Below, one piece after another: positions 35,680 to 46,357 of a DNA stretch of 64,000 nt. Below the pieces are notes generated by a model. The model ran no database searches, was not told the origin of the DNA, and saw only the letters and a program-made list of their open reading frames with translations. The first letter of the stretch is position 1. Each line of letters starts with the position of its first letter. Source of the DNA: Candidatus Omnitrophica bacterium UBA6215 (lineage in GTDB: Bacteria > Omnitrophota > Gorgyraeia > Pluralincolimonadales > Pluralincolimonadaceae); NCBI GenBank assembly GCA_002421665.1, contig DISH01000007.1, positions 81,278 to 145,277 of the forward strand, read 5' to 3'. A program made the translations under genes and the position numbers.

Positions 35680-37112
35680 CTCAAGTTGAGTTCCCTCGCC
35701 GCCGCAACCTCGTCAAGCCTGCGTACCGGAGTAGTATGCGGGGCGCTTGTTACAAGGGACGGATCGGAGGCCGCCTCGCCGGTTATTTTGATCATGACAT
35801 CGGCAAAGGCATCAAGGGTCTGTTTCGACTCGGTCTCGGTGGGTTCTATCATTATAGCCTCCTCGACTATGAGCGGGAAATATATCGTAGGGGCGTAATA
35901 ACCGTAGTCGAGAAGCCGCTTGGCTATGTCGAGGGTCCTGACACCCATCGGTTTCTTGTCCTTGCCGGTCAATACGAATTCATGCATGCACGGTTCCCCG
36001 TCAAAAGCCGGGGTATAATTACCGCGCAGCTTCGCTTTCAGGTAATTGGCATTAAGCACCGCTTCAAAAGCGGCATCCCTTAGGCCCTCGCCGCCAAGGG
36101 ACCTTATATAGCAATACGCCTTGATAACCACTCCTATATTACCGTAAAAGGCCTTGACCTTTCCTATGGACTTCTTGCAATCACTGTCCAGGGTAAATTT
36201 ATTCCTTTTGATCTTTATCCTGGGAGCGGGAAGATAGTCGGCAAGGGCAGCCTTGACCCCGACCGGACCGGACCCGGGGCCTCCTCCGCCATGCGGGGTA
36301 GAAAAAGTTTTATGAAGGTTTACGTGGCATATATCGAAACCCATGTCCCCCGGCCTGGACACTCCCGCAAGAGCATTCATGTTCGCGCCGTCAAGATACA
36401 GCAACGCACCGGACCCGTGGATTATATCGGCTATCTTCTTGATATCCTTTTCGAAAAGACCCAGTGTGTTGGGATTGGTAAGCATCATGACGGCAACATC
36501 CTGGCCCGCGGCATCTTTCAATGCGCCGATATCTATCCTGCCGTCCGGCCCGGACTTGACGGTTACCACCTCGTATCCGCATAGCGCCGCGCTGGCGGGA
36601 TTTGTCCCGTGCGCGGAATCGGGTATCAGGACTTTTTTGCGGGGATCTCCTTTTGAAACATGGTAGGCGCGGGCTATAAGCATACCCGTAAGCTCGCCGT
36701 GCGCTCCCGCGGCCGGCTGAAGAGTAAAAGCATCCATACCGCATATACGGCAAAGCATCTGTTCGGTATCGTAAAGAAGCTTAAGCATCCCCTGGACACT
36801 GCTCTCGGGCTGATAAGGATGCAGCGCCGAGAACTGCGGCAAAGAGGCAATCTTCTCGTTGATCCTCGGATTATATTTCATCGTACAGGAACCCAAAGGA
36901 TAAAAATTCGTATCTACGGAATAATTCAGCCTGGACAACCTGGTAAAATGACGGATGCAATCCAACTCGCTTACTTCCGGCAGAAGCGCTTCTTTCCTGC
37001 GCAAAAGGTTTCCCGGGATAAAAGAACTTTCCGCAGCGTCCGGTACATCAAGCTTAGGAAGCGAACAACCATTCCTGCCCTCGGACCCCGTCTCGAATAT
37101 AAGTTTTTCCAT
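35658..37112 (-). CDS. gcvPB: Glycine dehydrogenase (decarboxylating) subunit 2
   Basis: 484-aa PLP enzyme within the gcvT-H-PA-PB order. Confidence 0.85.
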   Translation of the reverse strand: MEKLIFETGSEGRNGCSLPKLDVPDAAESSFIPGNLLRRKEALLPEVSELDCIRHFTRLSRLNYSVDTNFYPLGSCTMKYNPRINEKIASLPQFSALHPYQPESSVQGMLKLLYDTEQMLCRICGMDAFTLQPAAGAHGELTGMLIARAYHVSKGDPRKKVLIPDSAHGTNPASAALCGYEVVTVKSGPDGRIDIGALKDAAGQDVAVMMLTNPNTLGLFEKDIKKIADIIHGSGALLYLDGANMNALAGVSRPGDMGFDICHVNLHKTFSTPHGGGGPGSGPVGVKAALADYLPAPRIKIKRNKFTLDSDCKKSIGKVKAFYGNIGVVIKAYCYIRSLGGEGLRDAAFEAVLNANYLKAKLRGNYTPAFDGEPCMHEFVLTGKDKKPMGVRTLDIAKRLLDYGYYAPTIYFPLIVEEAIMIEPTETESKQTLDAFADVMIKITGEAASDPSLVTSAPHTTPVRRLDEVAAARELNLRWKKTGA

Positions 37113-37120
37113 TGTCGCTT

Positions 37121-38455
37121 TCAGTGTTTGCCTAATACTTCCACGAACTTATCCAAATCGGCCCTGGACTTGGTCTCGGTCACGCATATAGACATGCAAT
37201 TCCTCATATCGGGATAAAACCTGCCTAACGGCAAACCCCCGATTATGCCATGCTTCAAAAGGTCGCTTATTATCTTCTCCGGGTCCCTGCCGCATTTTAC
37301 TACGAACTCATTGAAAAAAGGCGTGTTAAAGACCGGCTCAAAACCTCCCAATTTCGATATCTGTACGGCCAAATAGTGGCTCTTCAGCAGGTTTTGCCTG
37401 GCTATCTCCTTCAGCCCCTTTTTCCCGATAAGAGAAAGATATACAGTCGCAGCCAGGGCCATAAGTCCCTCGTTAGAGCATATGTTTGAAGTGGCCTTCT
37501 CCCTGCGTATATGCTGTTCCCTCGCCTGCAAGGTCAGCACAAACCCCGGTTTGCCTTCCGAATCCCTTGTCATGCCTACTACCCTTCCCGGGATCTTCCT
37601 CATATATTTTTCCTTCACGGCAAAGAATCCCAGGTACGGCCCTCCATAACTTAAAGGTATGCCGAGAGGCTGGCCCTCGCCGACAGCTATATCCGCACCG
37701 TATTCGCCGGGCGAGCTGAGCAAACCGAGCGAAAGCGGGTTTACGCAGGCTATGAAAATGGCGCCCTTCGAGTGGCATATCTGGCCGATTGCCGAGCAGT
37801 CTTCTATACACCCGAAGAAATTAGGGTTCTGCGCTATGACACACGCGGTGCCGTCGCTAATCTGTCTTTCAAGGACTTCCGTATCATAAATACCGGCCGC
37901 GTGGGGAATCTCTATAAATTCGACTTTAATGCCTTCCATATATGTCTTAAGGACCTGCTTATACTCGGGATGAAGGGACGCGGGATAGACGACCTGTTTC
38001 CTGCCTGTATCCCTTACGGCAAGCAGGGCGGCCTCTGCAAGCGAGGAAGCCCCGTCATACATGGAAGCATTTGCGACATCCATTCCGGTAAGCTCGCATA
38101 TCAGGCTTTGGTATTCGTATATCGACTGGAGCGTGCCCTGGCTGGCCTCCGCCTGGTAAGGGGTATAAGCAGTAAGGAATTCGCCGCGGGATATTATGCT
38201 CTCGACCGCCTGCGGGATATAATGTTCATAAGCTCCTCCGCCGAGGAAAGATATAAGTTTATTGGTAGAATAATTATCACCGGCCATCTCCATGACGGAC
38301 CTTTTAAGTTCCATCTCCGAAATTCCATCAGGCAGATCAACCTTCCCCAGGCGCAGGTCCGAAGGTATGGCGGAAAACAGTTCTTCTTCCGACGCGGCCC
38401 CGATCGCCTCGAGCATCTGTTCCTTGTCTTTACTTGTATGGGGCGAGTATTTCAA
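37121..38455 (-). CDS. gcvPA: Glycine dehydrogenase (decarboxylating) subunit 1
   Basis: 444 aa, typical GcvPA. Confidence 0.85.
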   Translation of the reverse strand: MKYSPHTSKDKEQMLEAIGAASEEELFSAIPSDLRLGKVDLPDGISEMELKRSVMEMAGDNYSTNKLISFLGGGAYEHYIPQAVESIISRGEFLTAYTPYQAEASQGTLQSIYEYQSLICELTGMDVANASMYDGASSLAEAALLAVRDTGRKQVVYPASLHPEYKQVLKTYMEGIKVEFIEIPHAAGIYDTEVLERQISDGTACVIAQNPNFFGCIEDCSAIGQICHSKGAIFIACVNPLSLGLLSSPGEYGADIAVGEGQPLGIPLSYGGPYLGFFAVKEKYMRKIPGRVVGMTRDSEGKPGFVLTLQAREQHIRREKATSNICSNEGLMALAATVYLSLIGKKGLKEIARQNLLKSHYLAVQISKLGGFEPVFNTPFFNEFVVKCGRDPEKIISDLLKHGIIGGLPLGRFYPDMRNCMSICVTETKSRADLDKFVEVLGKH

Positions 38456-38845
38456 TCAATGGGCTCCGCTCTTTATGAACTCTTCATAATCTTTAAGCGA
38501 CATAAGTGACGCCGTCTCTTCCGGATCCTTCATCTCTATAGCAAAAAACCAGCCGTCGTCATACGGGGACTTATTGACTATCGAGGGGTCCTTCTCTACC
38601 GCATCATTTGCTTTTATCACTCTTCCCGACACCGGCGCGTATATGGAAAATGCCGCCTTCACGGATTCGACTACCGCGGCCTCTCCTTCTTTAGATACCT
38701 CTTTGCCGACCTTGGGAAGCTCCACGAACACCACATCCGTTATCTCCTTCTGGGCATGGTCGGTTATGCCTACATACCCGATATTCCCTTCCACCCTGAG
38801 CCATTCGTGCGTCTTCGCAAAAAGCAGTTTTCCTGTGTCAGCCAT
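38456..38845 (-). CDS. gcvH: Glycine cleavage system H protein
   Basis: 129 aa with lipoyl-lysine motif (…VESVKAA…). Confidence 0.85.
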   Translation of the reverse strand: MADTGKLLFAKTHEWLRVEGNIGYVGITDHAQKEITDVVFVELPKVGKEVSKEGEAAVVESVKAAFSIYAPVSGRVIKANDAVEKDPSIVNKSPYDDGWFFAIEMKDPEETASLMSLKDYEEFIKSGAH

Positions 38846-39939
38846 TATTTTGCTCTCCTGTAAAATGGGGCCTTGACAACAACGGCCTTCTTAATATCCG
38901 AGTGGACAATTATGTCTATTACGGCGCCGGACACCGCGTTAGGCGGCGTAACATAAGCAAATCCGATATTCTTTTTAAGCGTAGGTGAATATGAACCGCT
39001 CGTGACCGCCCCTATTGCACAGCCTTCCTTTTCGATCCTGCATCCGGCACGGGGGATGGCTCTGTCGGTCATCTCAAAAGGCACCAGTATTTCGCTTGCG
39101 CCACGGGCAATGTGTTCGGCGATCGCTTTCTTTCCGACAAAATCCTTGGTCATATCAACAGCCCACATTATATTCGTCTCAAAAGGGGTCTTCGTCTCGT
39201 CGGTATCGTTGCCATATAGCGGGCAACCCGCCTCAAGGCGCAATGTATCGCGCGCGCCGAGACCGGCCGGAAGCAGGCCGCGAGGTTTCCCGGCATTCAA
39301 TAACGCATCCCATATTTCTATGCCGTTCCCGGAAGGGACAAAAAGCTCAAAACCGTCTTCACCCGTATATCCGGTCCTCGAAACCAGGGCATAATGTCCG
39401 CAAACCCTGGTCTCTACGAAACGGCGGTGTTTAATTCCCGCAAGGTCGGTCTCGCAAAACCCCGACAAAATACCCTCGGACAACGGCCCCTGCAAGGCAA
39501 TGCCGGCAAGCGAATCGTTAATATCCTTTATGGCAGAGCCGTTATTATGCGATACGATCCAGGCAAGGTCTTTCTCGAACGTCGAGGCGTTGACTATGAG
39601 TATATACCTGTCCCCGCCGGGATTGTAAATAAAGACATCATCGAGTATACCCCCCTGTTCGTTGCACAACGGGGAATATACGATCCCGCCTTCTTTGGCC
39701 TTATCGACGTTATTGGTAAATACCTTCTGGAGCAGCGGCCGGGCTCCCTTGCCGGAGATCTCAAGTTTGCCAAGGTGTGAGATATCGAAAAGTCCGGCCT
39801 TAGTGCGCGTAGCCGTGTGCTCTTCGATAATGCCGGTATATTGTATAGGCAGAAGCCAGCCGTGAAAAGACACGATCTTCGCATTCAGGCGCGTATGCGC
39901 CCCGTAAAGAGGGGTCTTCCTGTCTTCTGTTGGGGTCAT
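38845..39939 (-). CDS. gcvT: Aminomethyltransferase (glycine cleavage T protein)
   Basis: 364 aa GcvT family. Confidence 0.85.
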   Translation of the reverse strand: MTPTEDRKTPLYGAHTRLNAKIVSFHGWLLPIQYTGIIEEHTATRTKAGLFDISHLGKLEISGKGARPLLQKVFTNNVDKAKEGGIVYSPLCNEQGGILDDVFIYNPGGDRYILIVNASTFEKDLAWIVSHNNGSAIKDINDSLAGIALQGPLSEGILSGFCETDLAGIKHRRFVETRVCGHYALVSRTGYTGEDGFELFVPSGNGIEIWDALLNAGKPRGLLPAGLGARDTLRLEAGCPLYGNDTDETKTPFETNIMWAVDMTKDFVGKKAIAEHIARGASEILVPFEMTDRAIPRAGCRIEKEGCAIGAVTSGSYSPTLKKNIGFAYVTPPNAVSGAVIDIIVHSDIKKAVVVKAPFYRRAK

Positions 39940-42056
39940 CTATTGTTTTTCTAGTTCTATGCTTATCCTGGCATCGATAGCGACCGCTCCGCCCTTCCCC
40001 TCTGCGGGGAAGACCTTAAGCGGGTTGATGTCAAGTTCTTTGATCACGGGGAAATCCGTCACCAGCTGGGACAGCCTTAGCAGTCCTTCCTTTATGGAAT
40101 CTATATCCGCGGGCTTCTCTCCGCGGGCGCCTTTTAACAAAGCTATCGATTTTATCGAGTTGATCATCTCATCCGCTTCGCGCGGTATTATCGGGGCGAT
40201 CCTGAAAGATACATCCTTGAGCACTTCAACGTAGATGCCGCCGAGGCCGAACATGAGCATCGGACCGAACTGCGGGTCCTTTGACATGCCAAGAATGACC
40301 TCTTTGCCTCCGGATACCATCTCCTGGACCAGGACGCCCAGGATATTAGCGTTGGGAACCGCGGCTTTCGACTTCTTCATTATCTCCTCAAAGGCCGCTT
40401 CAATTTCTTTCGCGTCCTTGAGCCCCACTTTTACGCCTCCTACATCCGACTTATGGAGTATATCAGGTGAAGCTATCTTCATAACGACCGGATAACCCGC
40501 TTTCTCCGCAGCGACCTTCGCTTCCTCGGCGTTCTTTGCCAGGATGCTCTTGGGCAGCCTGAACCCGTAGCTTTCGATTATATCGCGCGCGGTATATTCG
40601 GGAATCTCCTTCTGCCCGGATCTCGCTGCTTCTTCGAGTATCTTCTTCACCTTGGCCTTATCAACCGGAAAATCCTTAGCGCCCTCTTTCGGAAGATCGA
40701 TGGAGTTCTTGTACTTTACCATGGCGTTGAATGATGATATCGCACGTTCCGGGAAACGGTAATTGGGTATCTTGTTATCCTGCAATATATCCCTGCCTTT
40801 ATCGACAAGTTTCCCGCCGATAAAGCTTGCGAATATAGGCTTACCGTCCCGGGTCTCTACAAGCACGTCGGCGGTCTCTTTTATCTTGCTGTTGCTCTGC
40901 GGAGTCAATATGACTATAAGGCCGTTGACGTTGGGGTCTTTTAACAGGCCGTTTACCGCTATCTTGTATCTCTGGTCATCGGCATCTCCCATGACATCAA
41001 CGGGATTATTAAGCGCCGAACCTTTGGGCAGGGAAACCTTAAAGGTATCTATAGTCTCCTTGCTTATAGCCGCTACTTTCGCGAATTTCGACCGTTCCAC
41101 GGCGTCCGCGGCTATAATACCGGGTCCGCCGGCGTTCGTTATTATAGCGAGGTTCGGGCCCTGGGGGAGTTTCTGGAAAGAAAAAGCTACGGCATAATCG
41201 AAAAGGTCTTCTATGGATGCGGCTCGAATGATACCGGTCTGCGCGAAAGCAGCGTCAAAAGCCACCTCTGAACCTGCAAGGCTTCCCGTATGGCTGGAAG
41301 CGGCCTTGGCGCCGGCTTTGGTCCCGCCGGATTTACAGATTATGACGGGTTTCTTAGCCGTGACCTCCCTGGCTATCTTCATGAACTCCTTGCCATCCTT
41401 TACATCCTCTATATATCCGAGTATTACTTTCGTATCGGGGTCATCGGCCAGGTAACGCAGCAACGCCGTTTCTGAAACATCCGACTTGTTCCCAAGGCTT
41501 ACAAATTTTGAGAAACCTATCTTCTCCTTGATCGCCCAATCGAGGATCGCAGCGCATAAGGCGCCTGACTGGGAGAAGAACGCGATATCACCGGGAAGCG
41601 GCGATATCGCAGCAAAAGAAGCGTTCACGTTCGAGGCGGTGTTCATAAAACCAAGGCAGTTGGGCCCGAGAACCCTTATACCGTATTTTTTAGCTATATC
41701 TACGAGGTCCATTTCAAGCTTCTTGCCTTCAGGACCGGTCTCCTTGAAACCTGCGGTTATCACTATGACGGCCTTTATACCTTTCTTGCCGCACTCTTCC
41801 ATTATCCCCAGCACCAACGACGACGGGACTGCGAAGACCGCCAGGTCTATCTCGCCTTTTACGTCAAGGACCGAAGGATAGCACTTATATCCCATCAACT
41901 CCTTGTCCTTGGGGTTTATGGGGTAGACCTCCCCCTTGAAACCGAATTCCTTTATATTATTGAGTATGTCGTGGCCTATCTTACCCTTGTGCTGCGAGGC
42001 GCCGATAACGGCGATTGAACGCGGAGAGAACAGCTTGTCCAACCCTTCTGAGTTCA
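39940..42056 (-). CDS. Acetyl-CoA synthetase (ADP-forming), fused alpha+beta subunits
   Basis: CoA-binding LFSPRSIAVIGAS plus succinyl-CoA-synthetase-like and ATP-grasp domains. Start placed at MNSEGLDKLF. The track ORF extends further upstream over a terminator hairpin. Confidence 0.75.
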
Positions 42057-42098
42057 TGTTTTGTTCCTTAAAATTTTTAGTTTTGGTTGTTAAAGAAA

Positions 42099-42113
42099 TC
42101 CCGCAAGGCGGGA
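42099..42113 (-). terminator. Hairpin (TCCCGC-aag-GCGGGA) followed by a U-rich tract, between the response-regulator gene and acd
   Basis: Seen directly; weak terminator or attenuator. Confidence 0.35.
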
Positions 42114-42184
42114 CATGCCTTTCCGACAACGAAAAGGTGGGATGGAAGTATTTTATTAGGAAGGCATGAAAAAGTCAATCAAAA

Positions 42185-42541
42185 TCATCCCAGAACGTCT
42201 TTAATTATCTGCAATATCTCTTCTTTCTTTACGGGTTTGTTCACGAATTTCGAAACACCCTTTTCTATGGCCTTGGCATAGATGTCCCAGTCCCCGAAGG
42301 CGGTTACCATCACCACCGGAAGGCCGGGAAATTCATTTTTGGCCTTCTCGAGCAGGACCAGACCGTTCTCGCCCGGCATGGAAAGGTCGGCAAATACGAT
42401 GTCGAATCCATGGCTGCGTATCTCCTTGAGGCCGCCTTCGGTATTGAGAGCCACGGATACCTCGTGCCCCTCGGCCTTGAGTATCTTTGAAAGGGCTATA
42501 CCGAACTCCGTGTCATCATCGACCAGCAATATCTTAGCCAT
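42185..42541 (-). CDS. Response regulator, receiver domain only (CheY-like)
   Basis: MAKILLVDDD…; 118 aa with no output domain. Confidence 0.8.
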   Translation of the reverse strand: MAKILLVDDDTEFGIALSKILKAEGHEVSVALNTEGGLKEIRSHGFDIVFADLSMPGENGLVLLEKAKNEFPGLPVVMVTAFGDWDIYAKAIEKGVSKFVNKPVKKEEILQIIKDVLG

Positions 42542-42559
42542 GCGTGCCTCCTCTTTTTT

Positions 42560-43765
42560 CTAATAAACAGCAAAAGGTATCCTTATCTTCACCGTAGTCC
42601 CCTTGCCTTTCCTGCTCTCGCAGGATATTCCCCCTCCGCTGTCAAGGACTATGTCCCTCGCTATATACAGGCCCAGCCCCGTGCCGACATCCTTGGTCGT
42701 AAAGAAGGGATCGAAGATCCTCTTCAGGTTTTCCTTGGATATGCCTGCTCCCGTATCTTCGATCGCGAGCTCGGCTTCCCCCTTGAGCCTGCGGGAGGTT
42801 ATCTTTATAGTGCCTCCCGAAGGCATGGCGTCAAACGAGTTCCTGATAACGTTCAAAAGCGCCTGCCTCAAATAGCTCTCTTCCATAGCTATGTCCGGAA
42901 GACTCCCGTCCAGGACCTTGGCAAAAGAGATGCCCTTCCTTTCTCCCTCCTTATCAAGGAATTTCACCAAGGCCTCCGAAACGGCGTTGATATTGGATTT
43001 TCCCGATGAGGTCTTGGATCGTTTCATAAAACTCAAATGTTCCTCCACGACATCGTTAACCCTGTAGACCTCATTGACTATAGATCTTATAAGCGTATCG
43101 GCCTCCGACTTGTCCCCGCCCAATTTTTTGACCTCATCCAAAAGCAGCTCGGCGCTCAGGCTTATCGTACTCAAGGGATTCCTTACCGAATGGGCCAATT
43201 GCGAAGACATCATGCCTATCGCGGCAAGTTGTTCCGTATTAACAAGCTTCCGGTGCATCTCCCTCTCCCTGTCCGACAGGTATCCAAGCATGATGGAAAA
43301 CAGCAGCAGGAAGGCGATCCTTAGGGAGATGTCGGTCCAATGCATGCTATACAGGCACACTGGGCACGAGAATATATATACCAATGAGGTCGTAAAACCT
43401 ATAAAAAAACTTCCGATCAGCCCGTAATAAAATGACTGGGCAGCCGCGATAAGAAAATACCCCAAGACAAAAGTAGAATTTAAGCCGCCGGTCATAGGCA
43501 CTATTATCGAAAGGAAGGTAAGGTCGACCAGGAACTCGATAAGGTATATGCGCGACGCTTTATCGGGGAACCTGAACACGTTCAGGTATATTAAAAGGTT
43601 ATAAATGAAAAAAGATGCTATCATCCAAAGGAAGGCCGCCCTTTCGTGAGGTGAAAAAGGATGGTAAATTCCCCATAAAAGCGCGCCGAAAGCGGCAAAA
43701 AGTTTTATCACTGCAAAAGTAAAGTCGGTAGGATTTATGCCGCCACTCCTTACTTTTGTCCTCAT
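42560..43765 (-). CDS. Membrane sensor histidine kinase
   Basis: N-terminal TM helices, an H-box (QLAHSVRNPL) and HATPase_c G-boxes. Confidence 0.8.
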   Translation of the reverse strand: MRTKVRSGGINPTDFTFAVIKLFAAFGALLWGIYHPFSPHERAAFLWMIASFFIYNLLIYLNVFRFPDKASRIYLIEFLVDLTFLSIIVPMTGGLNSTFVLGYFLIAAAQSFYYGLIGSFFIGFTTSLVYIFSCPVCLYSMHWTDISLRIAFLLLFSIMLGYLSDREREMHRKLVNTEQLAAIGMMSSQLAHSVRNPLSTISLSAELLLDEVKKLGGDKSEADTLIRSIVNEVYRVNDVVEEHLSFMKRSKTSSGKSNINAVSEALVKFLDKEGERKGISFAKVLDGSLPDIAMEESYLRQALLNVIRNSFDAMPSGGTIKITSRRLKGEAELAIEDTGAGISKENLKRIFDPFFTTKDVGTGLGLYIARDIVLDSGGGISCESRKGKGTTVKIRIPFAVY

Positions 43766-45774
43766 TGCAACCCTTCCTTATATATCCTTAATATCTCAGC
43801 CACGCTCCAGGCCTGCGATACCGCGCCTTTGGCATTATAGGGCGGATCGCCGTCAAATATTTCGGATATGGTGCCGAGCCCGGCCTCCTTAAGGTGGCTT
43901 ATCAGCGGGAGGAGAAACCTCCTGGCCTCTTGCCGGGTATTCTTGTTCCTGCCGTAAACATTAAGGTATGCCTCTATAAAATGCGCAAGCAGCCACGGCC
44001 ACACCGTCCCCTGGTGGTAGCAGGCATCCCTCATCCTCTGGTCTCCGGAATATATGCCCCTGTAATTCCTGTCGCCTGGAGCCAGGGAGCGCAATCCGTA
44101 GGGCGTAAGGAGCTCTTTCCCGATGATATCGAGGACCCGCTTCTCCCTGTCCTTAGAGATTATCCTGTATGGGAGGCTCAGCGCCAGCACCTGGTTCGGC
44201 CTGAGGCTCCTGTCCACACCGTCCTCGCCTACACAATCGTAAAGATATCCCCCGCCCTCGTTCCAAAAAACCATCTCAAAACTCTTTTTCGCCAGGTGGG
44301 CGAGCCTGGCGCACTCATGCTTGTATTTCAGGTTCAGCTTATCACAGATATCTTCCATTATCTTCAACGAATTATACCAAAGGGCATTGACCTCTACCGC
44401 TTTACCGCTCCTCGGGGTCACCACCCACCCGCCTATCTTCGCGTCCATCCAGGTAAGCTGGACGTCGGGATCCGAGGTTGAGATCAGGCCGTCACGGTCC
44501 ATCTTTATCCCGTAGCGGGTACCGTTGATATAGTATTTTATTATCTCCTCCAGACAATCGAGGAGATTGGATTCCACGAAATCGTAATCGTTGGTATACT
44601 CCAGGAACTTATGGACCGCCCAAAAGTACCACAGCGATGAGTCGACGCTGTTATATTCGGGTTCCTTCGACCTTTCGGGAAACCTGTTTGGCAGCATCCC
44701 CTCATCGCAGTATTTCGCAAAAGATAAAAGTATCTCCCTTGCTTCCTCATACCTGCCCAGAGTAAGGGTTATACCGGGAAGGGACATGAGCGCGTCCCTG
44801 CTCCAGTCCCAAAACCAATGATATCCTGCCAATATAGCCGGTATACCGTCCGGCCTCCTTATCAGGAATGAGTCCGCGCTGTTGGCCAGGCTCACGGCAA
44901 AGCTGTCGCGGACACCTACCGCCTCGGCTATCTCGTTATGCCTTAGGACCTCGCTGGATTCCAGGACCTCCACGGAACGCATCTTGCGGCCTTCCGTCGA
45001 AGCGACCACATAGGCCTTCTCCCCCTCCTTTAACAGGAAACCCATCTCTCCGGGGCTGTAAAGGTCTTCCCTGAATTCCAGACCCCTTTCGCGCTCCCGC
45101 TGGTACTCGAAACTCTTATACCAGTAACCGGCGGCCTCGAACCTGTCCGCGTTGTTCGCCAGATACAATATAGGGGATTCGTTATAGGGCTTTATCTTAA
45201 TATAACCTTCGAGACATTCAGCCTTCTTGTCGAAACTCGAGTTCTCTATAGACAGCCAATGGTAGTCCCGGGCCGCTATAAGCGGCCTGACCAGTAATTC
45301 CAGGTAGCCGGGGGATCTCAATATCTTATAGGTTATTACGGTGGTGTTCTCACCCCTTACCATGAACACCGCCTTCTCGACTTCGATATCTCCGACGCGG
45401 TAAGTGAATATTGGGAACGGATCAAGCCTGAATTCCTCAAGGTATCTGTGGCCTTCGGGGTGTATTATGCCGGGATACCTGTTGCTGGAAAGGTTGTAAC
45501 GGCTGCCATCCTTGAGAACAAGCGTCTCCTCAAGCTTGGAAAGCATCACCATGCGCGAGAGCGACGGCCTGGCAGAAGCCACAAGCAGGCCGTGATACCT
45601 GCGGGAATTGGCCCCGATTATAGTAGAGGACGCGTAGCCCCCGAGGCCGTTGGTCTCTATCCATTCCTTGGAGATAGCAGTCTGAAAATCCCCGCAAATA
45701 TCCTTACCGAAGCGGATGATCTCTGCCGCCGCGCAAGACGGTTTACTCGATCCTTCTTTAGTTATGACCGTCAT
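43762..45774 (-). CDS. Glycogen debranching enzyme (archaeal-type amylo-alpha-1,6-glucosidase, GDE_N + GDE_C)
   Basis: GYHWFWDWSRDALMSLPG and overall GDE_C-like (alpha/alpha)6 features. Confidence 0.6.
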   Translation of the reverse strand: MTVITKEGSSKPSCAAAEIIRFGKDICGDFQTAISKEWIETNGLGGYASSTIIGANSRRYHGLLVASARPSLSRMVMLSKLEETLVLKDGSRYNLSSNRYPGIIHPEGHRYLEEFRLDPFPIFTYRVGDIEVEKAVFMVRGENTTVITYKILRSPGYLELLVRPLIAARDYHWLSIENSSFDKKAECLEGYIKIKPYNESPILYLANNADRFEAAGYWYKSFEYQRERERGLEFREDLYSPGEMGFLLKEGEKAYVVASTEGRKMRSVEVLESSEVLRHNEIAEAVGVRDSFAVSLANSADSFLIRRPDGIPAILAGYHWFWDWSRDALMSLPGITLTLGRYEEAREILLSFAKYCDEGMLPNRFPERSKEPEYNSVDSSLWYFWAVHKFLEYTNDYDFVESNLLDCLEEIIKYYINGTRYGIKMDRDGLISTSDPDVQLTWMDAKIGGWVVTPRSGKAVEVNALWYNSLKIMEDICDKLNLKYKHECARLAHLAKKSFEMVFWNEGGGYLYDCVGEDGVDRSLRPNQVLALSLPYRIISKDREKRVLDIIGKELLTPYGLRSLAPGDRNYRGIYSGDQRMRDACYHQGTVWPWLLAHFIEAYLNVYGRNKNTRQEARRFLLPLISHLKEAGLGTISEIFDGDPPYNAKGAVSQAWSVAEILRIYKEGLQ

Positions 45775-46286
45775 TCCATGCCGCTTTCGGTTCTGCCGCC
45801 ATCTTCGTCGAGTTTCTTGAAGAACTCTTCCGGATGGAGGTTTTCCATCTCTTTTTCGAAGGCCTTTACCTCATCGCCGGTAATGGGCTTGTTGATCACC
45901 GGGCAAAGCTCCAGGACCTTCTCTTCTATGAATATAGGGGAATTGGTCCTGACGGCAAGGGCCATCGCATCGGATGGACGGGAATCAATCTCCAGCGTCC
46001 TGTCCGCCTTTTTAATGAATATACTGGCATAATAGGCATTATCGCGCACGTCGCATATGACCACTTTTTCGATCTTGCCTCCCAGCGAACCTATAAGGCT
46101 GACCGCAAGGTCATGGGTCAACGGGCGGATGAATTTTTCGCCTTCAAGGGCCGCGGCAATAGACGTCCCCTCGCCTGCACCGACCCATATAGGTAAAAGC
46201 CTGGAGCCATCCGTCTCCTCCAACGTCACCACATACTGGGCAAGCGCCGGAATGAATATAACCGAATATATCCTGGCGGCTCTCAT
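45771..46286 (-). CDS. Bifunctional nuclease family protein (DUF151/BFN)
   Basis: RPSDAMALAVRT motif typical of DUF151. Confidence 0.6.
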   Translation of the reverse strand: MRAARIYSVIFIPALAQYVVTLEETDGSRLLPIWVGAGEGTSIAAALEGEKFIRPLTHDLAVSLIGSLGGKIEKVVICDVRDNAYYASIFIKKADRTLEIDSRPSDAMALAVRTNSPIFIEEKVLELCPVINKPITGDEVKAFEKEMENLHPEEFFKKLDEDGGRTESGME

Positions 46287-46357
46287 GACAACCTCCTATA
46301 AGACAATATTAGACCACTAAACGCCGGTTGTCAACGCTATGAGGAAAAATCGTAAGA

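Noticed and set aside
42057-42129. Upstream 24-codon extension of the acd ORF (track start at 42129)
   Set aside because: The extension contains a terminator-like hairpin (42099-42113) and lacks an RBS. MNSEGLDKLFSPRSIAVIGAS at 42056 is the typical CoA-binding N-terminus.
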